NCBI RefSeq assembly: GCF_004010195.1
Contig: NC_057750.1
Coordinates: 5,194,159 to 5,251,805 of the forward strand
Length of the DNA: 57,647 nucleotides
Source: Chiloscyllium plagiosum
Taxonomy: Eukaryota
Reading direction: 5' to 3'
Within the stretch, counting starts at the first letter, position 1. Every line of letters starts with the position of its first letter. Below the pieces are notes generated by a model. The model did not search any database. It saw nothing but the letters and a program-made list of their open reading frames with translations, and was not told the origin of the DNA. Positions 1-11,495 of the stretch are shown here, piece by piece. A program made the translations under genes and the position numbers.

Positions 1-342
1 GCTCACATGTAAGGACACAGCATCATTGCATTTTATATTTGATTACTTGTTCACTACACTTTAATGACCCCAGTCTCCAAAATGTCTTTGAGCCTCCACG
101 TGTCACTATTTAGAGAATACTTTGATCTATCTGCTTCAGATCCAGGGGACAGATTCATGAATTCAGCATGAAAGAGAAAGTGAACATTCGAGTCAGGTAC
201 TGGAATACACAAACACCCTGGAACTTAATAGAATGAAGAAGATTAGGTTTCTCTTTTGTCTGCTATGCTAACTACCCCTGATGCAAGGTTCCTCATTGGA
301 CAGCACCATCACAGGGTTGAGATGGTTATACCTTGGTCTCTC

Positions 343-1201
343 TAATGAAGAAGGCTTTCTAAAATTACAAAGGGATCGTGATCAAATGGCTCAATGGGCT
401 GAAAAATGGTTATTGACGTTCAATCTGGATAAATGCAAGGTATTGTATTTTGGTACAACAAACATGGGTAATGGTCGGGTCTTGGGTAGTGTTGTAGAAC
501 AAAGGGACCTAGGGATTCAGGTACATAATTCCTTGAAGCTTGTGTCACACATAGACAGGGTGGTCAAGAGGGCGTTTAGCTTGCTTTCATTGCTCAGTCC
601 TTTGAGTATAGGAGTTGGGGCATAATGTTGAGGTTGTACAGGACATTGGTGAGGCCTCTTCTGGAGAACTGTGTCCAGTTTTGGTCACCCAGTTGGAGGA
701 AGGATATTATTAAGCTGGAGAGGATTCGGAATAGGCGAACCAGGATGTTGCCGGGTTTGGAAGGTTTGAGTTATAAAGAAAGGCTGGATAAGCTGAGACT
801 TTTTTCACTGGAGCACAGGAGGTTGACAGACGACCTGATGGTGGTTTATAAAATAATAAGGGGCATAGATAGGGCCAGTGGTAGTTGTCTCTTCCCTAGG
901 ATGGGGGATTTCAAGACTAGGGGGCACATTTTTAAGGTGAGAGGAGAGAGATTTAAAAAAGACGCTAGCGGCAAATTTTTTTGCAAGAAGGCAGTTCGTG
1001 TGTGGAATGAACTTCCTGAGGAAGTGGTGAATGTGGGTCCTGTACCAATGTTTAAAAGGCATTTGGATAAGTACATGAATAGGAAAGCTTTGGAGGGATA
1101 TGGGCCAGGAGCAGCAGGAGGGGCTAGTTTAGTATGAGATTATGGTCAGCATGGACTGGTTGGGCTGAAGGGTCTGTTTCCCTGCTGTATGGCTCTATGA
1201 C
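343..1201 (+). mobile_element. CR1 (HER1-like) LINE, 5'-truncated
   Basis: ORFs 281-625 and 625-1137 give the RT C-terminus (FNLDKCKVL, LYRTLVRPLLE, WNELPEEVV), followed by the 3' tail gggctgaagggtctgtttcc. Confidence 0.9.
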
Positions 1202-1204
1202 AAG

Positions 1205-1390
1205 TTCCAGTGCAGGACTGAGAATATGCTTCATAGTCAGAGGTGCGGTTTCTTTTCAATGCAACATTACACTGAGGTCCCACTCAGGTGGGTGCACAGG
1301 TAAAAGATGACAAGGTCGATTTTGAAGAGAATTCTCTGTTGACGGCCAATGCTTCTGTGAACATCACCAAGACCCTTGTGCATTTGGTCA
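1205..1390 (+). mobile_element. Decayed DeuSINE (SacSINE1-like) fragment
   Basis: gaggtgc...gaggtccc...aaagat...ttgaagag pattern, shared with 44040-44265. Confidence 0.4.
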
Positions 1391-1701
1391 CAGATCCATA
1401 GAGACTGCATTGGTCATCAGAGTCACACAGCACAGAAAAAGACCCTTCGGCCCAAGTCGTCTGTGCTGACCAGACATTCACTATGTCCAATCCCAATCCA
1501 GTTTGCACGTGCTGAAGAATATGCAAGAATTGGCAATGACGGTAGAGGATTCACAAGAGGAACTACATGCTGAACGGATTGGTGCATTGATCAGAAAAAG
1601 AGGATTAATGAATGGGTAAGATTGGTAATCCACCTGCCTATTAGGGCAAGCCCTTCACAGTCCTCAATCCTCCAGCGAATTGGATAAATATCTGTGGAAG
1701 A

Positions 1702-1903
1702 AAGTTAAAAATCACACAACACCAGGTTATAGTCCAACAGGTTTAATTGGAAGCACTAGCTTTCGGAGTGACGCTCCTTCGTCAGGTGGTTGTGCTAGTG
1801 CTCCAAAAGCTAGTGCTTCCAATTAAACCCGTTGGACTATAACCTGGTGTTGTGTGATTTTTAACTTTGTATACTCCAGTCCAACACCGGCATCTCCAAA
1901 TCA
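1702..1903. mobile_element. PLE-derived fold-back element, family A, with hammerhead core on the minus strand
   Basis: Inverted arms of about 66 bp. Minus strand reads cCTGACGAaggagcgtcactccGAAAgcta. Related to 19759, 38066 and 55824. Confidence 0.8.
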
Positions 1904-2029
1904 TGACAACTGTGGGAGTAAGATTTGCAAGGAAATGGAAAATGAACAGGAGGATAGGATGAATTCCTTGAATGAGCTAAATGCTCTTCTTCTGAGCTGT
2001 ACTCGTAGGAGTTCTTTGTTAAAATATAA

Positions 2030-2487
2030 ACATGGGAAGCGCACATCACTGGCTCAACCAGTATTTATTGCTCGTCCCTAATTGCCCCAGAAGGCAGTTA
2101 AGAGTCAACCACATTGCTGTGGGTCTGGAGTCACATGTAGGCCAGATGGGTACATGAATAGGATGGGTTTATGAAATATGGGCCTTTCAATAAAAATATT
2201 TATAAAAAGGGATATGGGCCAAAATCATTTTGGAATATCTGGCTGGCAGGGACAAGTTGGGTCTGTTTCCATGCTCAGGTAAGAATGGTGGCTTCCTTCC
2301 TTAAGGGACATTAGTGAAGCAGATGGGATTTTCCTGACAATTGATTCATGCTCATCATTAATTCCAAATTCCTTTCTATTGAATTCAAATTCTACCATTT
2401 GCAGGATTTGAACCCAGGCCCCCAGAACATTAGCTGGGTCTCTGGATTAACACTCTAGCGATAATACCAATAGGCCATCAGCTCCCC
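2030..2487 (-). mobile_element. tRNA-derived SINE (family 2; tail shared with the LINE at 11496-14540)
   Basis: A/B-box-like head (tggcctattggt...gggttcaaatcc) and body repeated many times in the window. Confidence 0.75.
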
Positions 2488-2574
2488 TTTTGAAGTGGGT
2501 TCACTGATATAATGGAGGGTACAGCAAGAGTCTACCATGATCATTGGTTGTAGAAGGATTAAGGGTAACAGACA

Positions 2575-2790
2575 GCATCACCTAAATACTCCCTTCCAAA
2601 CCATACACTATCTCAAACTGGAACTATAATCAGCTTTTCCTCCATTGGTGCTGGGTCCAAATTCGGAAACTCCCTCCCTGCCAGAGTTGAGGGTGTCCCG
2701 ACACCCCTGGACTGCAGTGGCATAACTCACCACCAGCTCTAGGGGCAATTAGGGTTGGGCAATAAATACTGGCCCAGTCCGTGACCAGTG
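2575..2790 (+). mobile_element. 3' end of CR1/L2-group LINE
   Basis: Similar to 14330-14540 and 24100-24310; ends gggcaattagggttgggcaataaat. Confidence 0.6.
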
Positions 2791-4501
2791 ACTGTGGGTC
2801 TGGAATGGTCTTGCACCCACACAACAAGGAAAGAGCCATGAGTTGGGCAGAGGCTTGAACAGGGGCAATACAGAATCAAAACCTTCCAAATGCAACCAAT
2901 GGAAGTGCCAACTATTATTACTGACTGGTCCATTTACTCATTCGTTGACGTGGTTTATAAATTCTTAATAAGTGCGATAGTCTTGGTCTCAGTTCAGCTG
3001 GGCTGCAGGACTGAAATGATTCTGCACAAGAGAGACTGAATTGGTTCAGAAAGGAGGAACTCCCATTTGATGTTGATGATTGTGTAATCTGGCACGTTTC
3101 CTGTCTCAGTCAGGATGTGGCTGTACAAAGACCCCAAAACAAAAAGTTTCTTTCTCCAGTCTAACATTTATACAGCACGGAAACAGACCCTTCGGTCCAA
3201 CTCGCCCATGCCAACCAGATATCCTAAATTAATCTAGTCCCATTTGCCAGCATTTGGCCCATATCCCTCTAAACCCTTCTTATTCATGTACCCATCCAGA
3301 TGCCTTTTAAATGCTGTAATTGTACCAGCTTCCACCATTTCCTCTGGCAGCTCATTCCATACGCGCACCACCCTCTGTGTGAAAAAGTTGCCCCTCAGGT
3401 CTTTTTTAAATCTCACCTAAACCTATTCCCTCTAGTTTTGATCTCCTCCATCCTAGGAAAAAGAACTTGTCCATTTATCCTAACCATGCCCCTCATTTTA
3501 TAAATTTCTACAAGGTCACCCCCTCAGCCTCCGACGCTCCAGGGAAAACAGCCCCAGCCTATTCAGCCTCTCCCTGTAGCTCAAATCCCTCAACCATGGC
3601 AACATCCTTGCAAATCTTTTCTGCATCCTTTGAAATTTAACAACATCCTTCCTACAGCAGGTGACCAAAACTGCATGCAGTATTCCAAAAGTGGCCTAAC
3701 CAATGTCCTTGTATGGGCACAACATGACCTCTCAACCCCTATACTCAATGCACTGATCAATGAAAGCATGTGTTCCAAATGCCTTCTTCACAATCCTGTC
3801 TACCTGCAACTCCACTTTCAAGGAAATATGCACTGGTACCCATAGGTCTCTTTGTTCAGTAACACTCTCCAAGGCCTATCATTTACTATGTAAATCCTGC
3901 CCTGATTTATCTTACCAAAATGCAACACCTCACATTTAGCTACATTAAACTCCACCTGCCACTCCTCAGCCCATTGGCCCATCTGATCAAGGTCCAGTTG
4001 TACTCTGAGGCAATCTTCTTCGCTGTCCACTATCCCTCCAATTTTGGTGTCATCCGCAAACTTACTAACTATACCTCCTATGTTCATATCTAAACCATTT
4101 ATATTAATGACAAAAAGCAGTAGACCCAGCACTGATCCTTGTGGCACTCCACTGGTCACAAGCCTCCAGTCTGAAAAACAACCCTCTACCACCACCCTCT
4201 GTTTCCTATCTTCAAGCCAATTTTGTATCCAATTGGCTAGCTCCCCTGGGTCCCATCTGATCTAACCTTACTGACCATGTGGAACCTTACTGACCATGTC
4301 GAACACTGTGCTGAAATCCATATTTAAAATGTCTACCGCTCTGCCTTCATCAATCTTCTTTGTCACCTCTTCAAAAACTCAATCAGGTTTGTGAGATATG
4401 GTCTCCCAACCATACAAAGCCATGTTGACTATCCCTAATCAGTCCTTCCCTTTTCAAATACATGTACATCCTATCTCTCAGAATCCTCTCCAACCGCTAA
4501 G

Positions 4502-4718
4502 TTTTTTACACAGTGGGTAGTTCCTGTGTGGAATGAACTTCCTGAGGAAGTGGTGGATGTGGGTACAGTTACAATGTTTAAAAGACGCTTAGATAATACA
4601 TAACAAGGAAAGGTTTGGAGGGACATGGGCCAGGAGCAGGCAGGTGGGACTAGTTTGCAATTATGGTCGGCATGGATTGGTTGGACCAAAGGGTGTGTTT
4701 CTGTGCTGTTTGACTCTT
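4502..4718 (+). mobile_element. CR1 3' fragment nested in the opposite-strand CR1
   Basis: tggaatgaacttcctgaggaag through the 3' tail. Confidence 0.85.
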
Positions 4719-5611
4719 ATCCAGTTATCCACCACTGATGTAAGGCTCACTAATCTATAATTCTCTGATTTTTTTTTTACCACTTTTATTAAATAATGGC
4801 ACCACATTAGCTAACCTCCAGTTTTCCAGCACCTCACCGATGACTATTGACGAAATAGATATCTCAGCAAGGAGCCCAGCAATCCCTTCCCTCGCTTCCC
4901 ACAAATTTCTGGGAAACAGCTAATCAGGTCCTGGGGACTTTCTACCTTTATGCATTTTAAGTCCTCCAGCATCTCTTCTTCTGTAATATGGGCACTTTTC
5001 AAGATATCACTGTTTATTTCTCCAAGTTGTCTAGCTTACATGTCCTTCCCCACAGTAAATATTGACACAAAATTCTTGCTTGGTATTTCTGTGGTTCCAT
5101 ACATAGATGGCCTTGTTAATCTTTAAGGGTTTCTATTCTCCCACTAGTTACCCTCTTGTCCTTAACATATGTTGGATTCTCCTTCACCCTATTTGCCAAA
5201 GTTATCTCATGTCCCCTTTTTGCCCTCATGATTCCCCTCTTAAGTATACTCCTACTGCCCTTGTACTCCTCTCAGGATTCTCTCGATCCATGCTGACTAT
5301 TCCTGATGTATGCCTCCTTCTTTTTCTTGACCAAACCCTCAATTCCCCTCGTCATCCAGCATTCCCTACACCTACCGGCCTTGCCCATCACCCTAAAAGG
5401 AACATACTGTTTCTGAACTCTTGTTATCTCATTTTTAAAAGCCTCCCATTTCCCAACTGTCCCTTTAACTGTGAATACCCTCCCCCAACCAACCTTCGAA
5501 AGTTTCTGCCTAATGCCATCAAAACTGGCCTTATTTGCAATTTAGAACTTGCGGATCAGATCTACTCTCTTCCATAGCTATTTTAAAACTACTAGAATTA
5601 TGCTTACTTAC

Positions 5612-5800
5612 GAAGGTGAGGACTGCAGATGCTGGAGATTAGAGTTAAGAGTAGAGTGGTGCTGGAAAAGTACACCAGATCAGGCAACATCCAAGGAACA
5701 GGAAATTCCTGATGAAGGGCTTTTGCCCGAAACATCAATTCTCCTGCTCCTCAGATGCTGCCTGACCTGCTGTGCTTTTCCAGCACCACTCTAATCTGGA
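5612..5800. mobile_element. PLE-derived fold-back element, family B, with hammerhead core on the plus strand
   Basis: Inverted arms (agagtggtgctggaaaag / cttttccagcaccactct) and cCTGATGAagggcttttgcccGAAAc at about 5709-5733. Confidence 0.8.
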
Positions 5801-6903
5801 CACTTAGGTTTACTTGCCCCAAGTGCTGCCCCACCTCTTTGTTCCTCAACAGAAGGTCAGGTTTTGCTCCTTCTCTAGTAGGTACATCCACAGATTGAAT
5901 AAGGAGGTTTTCCTGAACATATTTAACAATTCCGCCTCATTCAAGCCCTTAACACTATGGCAGTCCCAGTCTATGTTTGGAAAGCTGAAATTGCTTCCCA
6001 TTACAGTCCTATTTTTCTTACAGATATCTGAAAACTCCTTACATATTTGCTTCTCAACTTCCCATTGACTATTGGGGGAGGGTCTAATAATACAATCCCA
6101 AAAAGGTGATCATCCCTTTCTTATTTTTAAGTTTCACCCATATGACTTCACTGGACAGTCTCCCAGGAATACCTTCCCCCGTGATGTTCTCCCTAACCAC
6201 TCCCCCTCCTCTCTTGCCTCCCCTTCTATACTTCCTATAGCATTTATACCCCTGGAACATTAAGCTGCCAGTTCTGTCCATCCCTGAGCCATGTCTCTGT
6301 AATTGCTATGATATCCCAGTCCCATGTTCCCAACCATGCGCTGAGTTCATCTGCCTTCCCTGTCAGGCTTCTTGCATTGAAATAAATGCAGTTTAATTTA
6401 TCACTCTTACCTCGTCTCTGCCAAGCTCATGTCTGCATTGACTATTAGACTCGCTCCCCTTGTCTACTGTACCAGCCTCAGACATTTCTGTCATTATCGC
6501 TTTGGTTCCCACTGCCCCTCTTTACTAGTTTAAAGTCTTCCCAAGTAACATTAGCAAATCTCCCCATGAGGATATTGGTTCCCCTTCCAGTTCAGACCAA
6601 ACCCTTCCCTCTTGTACAGGTCATTTCCATCCTTGAAGAGATCCCAATGATCCAAAAATGTGAATCTTTGCCCCTTGTATCAGCTCCTCAGCCACGCATT
6701 CATCTGCTCTATCCACCTACCCGCAGTAGCTCTTGGTACAGGGAGTAATCCAGACATTATGACCCTTGAGGACCTATTTTTTTCACCTTCTGCTTAGTTT
6801 CTTATATTATTTCCACAGAATCTCATCCCCCTTACTTATATCATTGCTGCCAATGTGCACAATAACTGTAGATTTTACATAGAAATCCATACATTTTACA
6901 TAC

Positions 6904-7130
6904 AGTGTGTTAGTATATACAGGGGGGTCACCAAGGGGGAGTGTGTCAGTATTTACAGGGGGCTTCCTGGGGTGGGGAGTGTCAGGGGGAGTGTGTCAGT
7001 ATTTACAGGGGAGTCTCCGGGGGTAGGGGGGAGTGTGTCAGTATTTACAGGGGAGTCCCCGAGGTGGGAGTAATGGGGAGTGTGTCAGTATTTACAGGGG
7101 GGTCCCTGGGGAGACTGTGTCAGTATTTAG
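6904..7130 (+). repeat. G-rich minisatellite, about 6 units with core gagtgtgtcagtatttacagggg
   Basis: Directly visible tandem units of 35-50 bp. Confidence 0.9.
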
Positions 7131-7286
7131 ACAGAGTGAGAGTCCCCGGGATAACTTTGGAGTTGCTGTGTAGCAGCACAGTGAACCCAGAAAGCTGTTC
7201 CCTGACCTCTGCCAAACCCCTCCAAGGCAGTGGGGTCTGATCCGCTCTGAATGTGGACAGAAGCCCGGGTCTGCTCGCAGCCTTAC

Positions 7287-7381
7287 CGACACAACTCTGC
7301 AAAGACCAGCAAATTCAGCTTCTTCCTTTTCTTATCGCTGAGGCAGAACCCCACTCGCTTCGCTTTGAGCCACGTCTGCAT
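7287..7381 (-). CDS. ITPK1: ITPK1-like (inositol-tetrakisphosphate 1-kinase) first coding exon, 95 nt, phase 2
   Basis: Manual translation gives MQTWLKAKRVGFCLSDKKRKKLNLLVFAELC(R), 23/32 identical to recalled human MQTFLKGKRVGYWLSEKKIKKLNFQAFAELCR. Kozak A at -3, donor CG|GTAAGG. Too short for the ORF track. Later exons are presumably left of the window. Confidence 0.9.
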
Positions 7382-7800
7382 GTTTATCAGCCTTGGGTTC
7401 ACTCTCACCCTTCCTCCCCCGGGGAGGTGAGGTGCTGAGACTCTCCCCCCTGGGAGACTGGAGCTCCTTCAGTTACGAGGAAAGGAGAGAGGCAGACTGA
7501 ACTGACGGTTCACACCCGCATCCAGGAACCTCTTCAGAACTGCTCGCTTCCTCCTCTGTCAATTCTTGGCAAGTAAAAGGTCAAAGTCTGGTTTCTTTCC
7601 CAGCCCCTCGGTAACCTGCACTTCTCCGCAGGGATACAGCTCCCAGGAAACACACCTTTACCCCAATTCATGCTCCAGCTCCTAGTGCCTGCCCCTTTCC
7701 CCCCCCCCTCTTTGGTGTATTTCTCCCAAAAAATAAATGTTACCATCTCCAACCCCGCCCCTAATGTTGCAATCTTCCCTGAGTGGGGCGTGGCCTTAAG
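7382..7800 (-). promoter_or_regulatory. Putative 5'UTR and proximal promoter of the ITPK1-like gene
   Basis: Non-repetitive, relatively GC/CpG-rich stretch with GC boxes ccccgcccc (7753-7761) and ggggcgtggc (7785-7794) upstream of the ATG. Confidence 0.55.
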
Positions 7801-7807
7801 ACACTTG

Positions 7808-8275
7808 GAGTCATAGAGCTGTACAGCACGGAAACAGACCCTTCGGCCCAACTCATCCATGCCGTCCAGGTATCCCAAACTAATCTCGTCCCACCTGCTA
7901 GCACCCAGCCCATATCCCTCCAAACCCTTCCTATTCATATACCCATCCAGATGCCTTTTAAATGTTGCAATTGTACCAGCCTCCACCACTTCCTCTGGCA
8001 GCTCATTCCACACACGCACCACCCTCTGTGTGAAAAAGTTGCCCTTTTCCCTTTCAAACCTTTCCCCTCAAAACCTAAACCTGTGCCCTCTAGTATTGAA
8101 CTCTCCCACCACAGGGGGAAAAGACCTTGTCTATTTACTCTTATCTATGCCCCTCATGATTTTATAAACTCTATAAGATCACCCCCTCAGCCGCTGATGC
8201 TCCAGGGAAAACAGCCCCAGCTATTCAACCTCTCCCTATGGCTAAAACCCTCCAATCCCAGCAACATTTTTGTGA
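7808..8275 (-). mobile_element. CR1 3' fragment
   Basis: VRVWNELPEEVVEAGTI and 3' tail; abuts the promoter GC box. Confidence 0.9.
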
Positions 8276-8828
8276 ATAGAATCAGAGTCAAAGAGATGTA
8301 CAACATTGACACAGACCCTTTGTCCAACCCGTCCATGCTGACCAGATAACCCAATGCAATCTAGTCCCACCTGCCAGCACCAGCCCATATCCCTCCAAAC
8401 CCTTCCTATTCATATAACCATCCAGATCCCTTTTAAATGTTGTAATTGTACCAGCCTCCACCACTTCCTCCGGAAGCTCATTCGACATACACACCACTCA
8501 CTGGGTGAAAAAGTTGTCCCTTCGGTCCCTTTTAAATCTTTCCCCTCTCACCCTAAACTTACGCCCTCTAGTTATGGACTCCCCCACCCCAGGGAAAAGA
8601 CTTTGTTTATTTACCCTATCCATGCCCCTCATGATTTTATAAAGCTCTATAAGGTCACCCCTCAGCCTTCGACGGTCCAGGGAAAACAGCCCCAGCCTGT
8701 TCAGCCTCTCCCCATAGCTCAAACTGTTGTGGTTCTGTTCGCCGAGCTGGAAGTTTTTGTTGCAAACGTTTTGTCCCCTGGCTAGGCGACATCATCAGTT
8801 CTTGGGAGCCTCCTGCGAAGCGCTTCTT

Positions 8829-9430
8829 NNNNNNNNNNNNNNNNNNNNNNNNNNNNNNNNNNNNNNNNNNNNNNNNNNNNNNNNNNNNNNNNNNNNNNNN
8901 NNNNNNNNNNNNNNNNNNNNNNNNNNNNNNNNNNNNNNNNNNNNNNNNNNNNNNNNNNNNNNNNNNNNNNNNNNNNNNNNNNNNNNNNNNNNNNNNNNNN
9001 NNNNNNNNNNNNNNNNNNNNNNNNNNNNNNNNNNNNNNNNNNNNNNNNNNNNNNNNNNNNNNNNNNNNNNNNNNNNNNNNNNNNNNNNNNNNNNNNNNNN
9101 NNNNNNNNNNNNNNNNNNNNNNNNNNNNNNNNNNNNNNNNNNNNNNNNNNNNNNNNNNNNNNNNNNNNNNNNNNNNNNNNNNNNNNNNNNNNNNNNNNNN
9201 NNNNNNNNNNNNNNNNNNNNNNNNNNNNNNNNNNNNNNNNNNNNNNNNNNNNNNNNNNNNNNNNNNNNNNNNNNNNNNNNNNNNNNNNNNNNNNNNNNNN
9301 NNNNNNNNNNNNNNNNNNNNNNNNNNNNNNNNNNNNNNNNNNNNNNNNNNNNNNNNNNNNNNNNNNNNNNNNNNNNNNNNNNNNNNNNNNNNNNNNNNNN
9401 NNNNNNNNNNNNNNNNNNNNNNNNNNNNNN
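8829..9430. other. Assembly gap (602 N)
   Basis: Run of N. Confidence 1.
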
Positions 9431-9694
9431 CCTGACCTGCTGTGCTGTTCCAGCAATAAAGTTTCAACTTTGATCTCCAGCATCTGCAGACCTCACTTTC
9501 TCCCCAGAGAACAGCCAGGGAATTCCTAGAGGCATGGCATTCATCCACAAACTCCATCAACAAACACATCGACCTGGACCCAATATACCAACCACTACAG
9601 CGGACAGCTGAAACTGATAACCGGAAGCGGCAGGGACAGACCACTATAAACACCGGAGGAAACATCAAAGAAGCGCTTCGCGGGAGGCTCCCAA

Positions 9695-9734
9695 GCACTG
9701 ATGATGTCGCCTAGCCAGGGGACGAAACGTTTGC
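9695..9734 (+). ncRNA. Minimal hammerhead ribozyme motif (family D)
   Basis: GCA-CUGAUGA-u-GUCgCCU-agcc-AGGgGAC-GAAA-cg-UU/UGC. Helix I is GCA:UGC. Confidence 0.62.
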
Positions 9735-10572
9735 AACAAAAACTTCCAGCTCGGCGAACAGAACCACAACAACGAGCACCCGAGCTACAAATCTTCGCAC
9801 AAACTTTGAATAACTCAAACTCTCCAACCCTGGCAACATCCTTGTAAATCTTCTCTGAACCCTTTCAAGTTTCACAACATCTTTTCTATGGCAGAATTGC
9901 AAGCAGTATTCCAACAGTGGCCTAACCAATGTCCTGTACAGTCGCAACATAGTATCCCAACTCCTATACTGAGAGGGTCAATGCAGACGTGATGGGCTGT
10001 ATTGGCTTCCTTCAGTACCATAATAATTCTGTGCTCCATCTTTGCTGACTGAATCAATGGATAGTGGAGGCAGACTGTCCAACTATGGTCATGGCCAGAC
10101 AATCCCTTTTAATGATCTTCATTGAGGAATAAATATTGCTGAGGGCTAACCTCTTTGAAATAGTCCCACGGGGGGGAGGGTCCATTCAGAAGTGCACCAT
10201 CTCACCTGAATGCATGCCGTCCGATACCCATCGACACCAGTTTTGCCAGGGCTCCTTGATGCCTCACTCGGTCAGTTGTGGTCTTGACATCAAGTGCTGT
10301 TACTCTCACCTCACCTCCCACCAGTGCAGCGCCAACCAGGGTTCTGCACTGGACTGCTAGCCTAGATTTCTGCCTCAGGGGCTACAATGCAAAAGGCATC
10401 ACAACAATCCATTGGCGTTGGGCAGCCAGTGACTGCCAATCATCCTGAAGGGTGGGATGAGCTAATGAGGCAGGAGCCTGAGAAATTGGGATTTTTGCAA
10501 TGGTTGAATGTGACAATTTGTCTGAATTTATTTATGGGACTTCTCATTGTTTGAGAGGGAACTGTCTCTCAG

Positions 10573-11078
10573 TTTAACCAATGCCCTGTACAGCCGCAAC
10601 ATGACCTCCCAACTCCTGTACTCAATACTCTGACCAATAAAGGAAAGCATACCAAATGCCTTCTTCACTATCCTGTCTACCTGCGTCTCCACTTTCAAGG
10701 AGCTATGAACCTGCACTCCAAGGTCTCTTTGTTCAGCAACACTCCCTAGGACCTTACCATTAAGTGTATAAGTCCTGCTAAGATTTGCTTTCCTAAAATG
10801 CAGCACCTCGCATTTATCTGAATTAAACTCCATCTGCCACTTATCAGCCCATTGGCCCATCTGATCAAGATCCCATTGTAATCTGAGGTAACCTTCTTCG
10901 CTGTCCACGACACCTCCAATTTTGGTGTCATCAGCAAACTTACTAACTGTACCTCTTATGCTCACATCTAAATCATTTACATAAATGATGAAAAGTAGTG
11001 GACCCAGCACTGATCCTTGTGGCACTCCACTGGTCACAGGCCTCCAGTCTGAAAAACAACCCTCCCACCACCACCCTC
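10573..11078 (-). mobile_element. CR1 RT fragment
   Basis: ORF 10528-11037: SGVPQGSVLGPLLF...SKFADDTK...FNSDKCEVLHF. Confidence 0.92.
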
Positions 11079-11097
11079 TATAAAAATAAACTTGAAC

Positions 11098-11495
11098 CTT
11101 TTTTAGACCAGAGTGTAGGAGGTTGAGGGGTGACTCTCTGGAGGTTTATAAAATCATGAGGGAGATAGATAAGGTGAATGGCAGGTGTCTTTTCCCTAGG
11201 GTGGGGGATTTCAAGACTAGGGGGCATATTTTGAAGGTGAGAGAGATTTAAAAAAGACATGAGGGGTAACCTTTTTTACAGAGAGGATGGTTCGTGTGTG
11301 GAATGAACTTCCAGAGAAAGTGGTGGCTGCGGGTACAGTTACAACATTTAAAAGACATTTGGATACGTTAGTGGATAGGAAAGGTTTGGAGGGATATGGG
11401 CTAAGTACAGATAGGTGGGACTGGTTCAGTTTGGGATAATGGTCGGCATGGACTGGTTGGACCGAAGATCTGTTTCTGTGCTGTATGACTCTATG
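11098..11495 (+). mobile_element. CR1 3' fragment
   Basis: Same subfamily as 343-1201; tail gtttctgtgctgtatgactctatga. Confidence 0.88.

Larger units (their letters stand above)
3170..6860 (-). mobile_element. Long degenerate CR1 LINE, interrupted by two younger inserts
   Basis: 3' tail at 3170, RT (SGVPQGSVLG, KFADDTK) at about 3800-4200, endonuclease region at about 6100-6400, ORF1 remnant at about 6500-6860. Confidence 0.9.
8726..9809 (+). mobile_element. Penelope-like element (family D) with inverted terminal copy, GIY-YIG tail and hammerhead; contains an N gap
   Basis: Plus strand encodes RTAREFLEAWHSSTNSINKHIDLDPIY. 8726-8828 is the reverse complement of about 9669-9771. Flanked by atagctcaaact / ataactcaaact. 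Confidence 0.82.
8283..9971 (-). mobile_element. CR1 3' fragment split by the Penelope insertion at 8726-9809
   Basis: The RT C-terminus continues across the insert (LPGLESLSY / SYGERLNRLGLFSL). Confidence 0.88.

Noticed and set aside
6904..7130. Repeat-spacer pattern resembling CRISPR
   Set aside because: Vertebrate DNA; spacers are related G-rich variants and there are no cas genes.
1..7286. Search for the next ITPK1 exons
   Set aside because: No convincing exon found by eye; probably outside the window, although a micro-exon could be missed.
8655..9698. Long ORFs of 233-347 aa
   Set aside because: Artefacts of translating the 602-N gap.
10573..11495. Head-to-head CR1 pieces resembling a twin-priming inversion
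   Set aside because: The pieces appear to belong to different CR1 subfamilies, so independent insertions are more likely.
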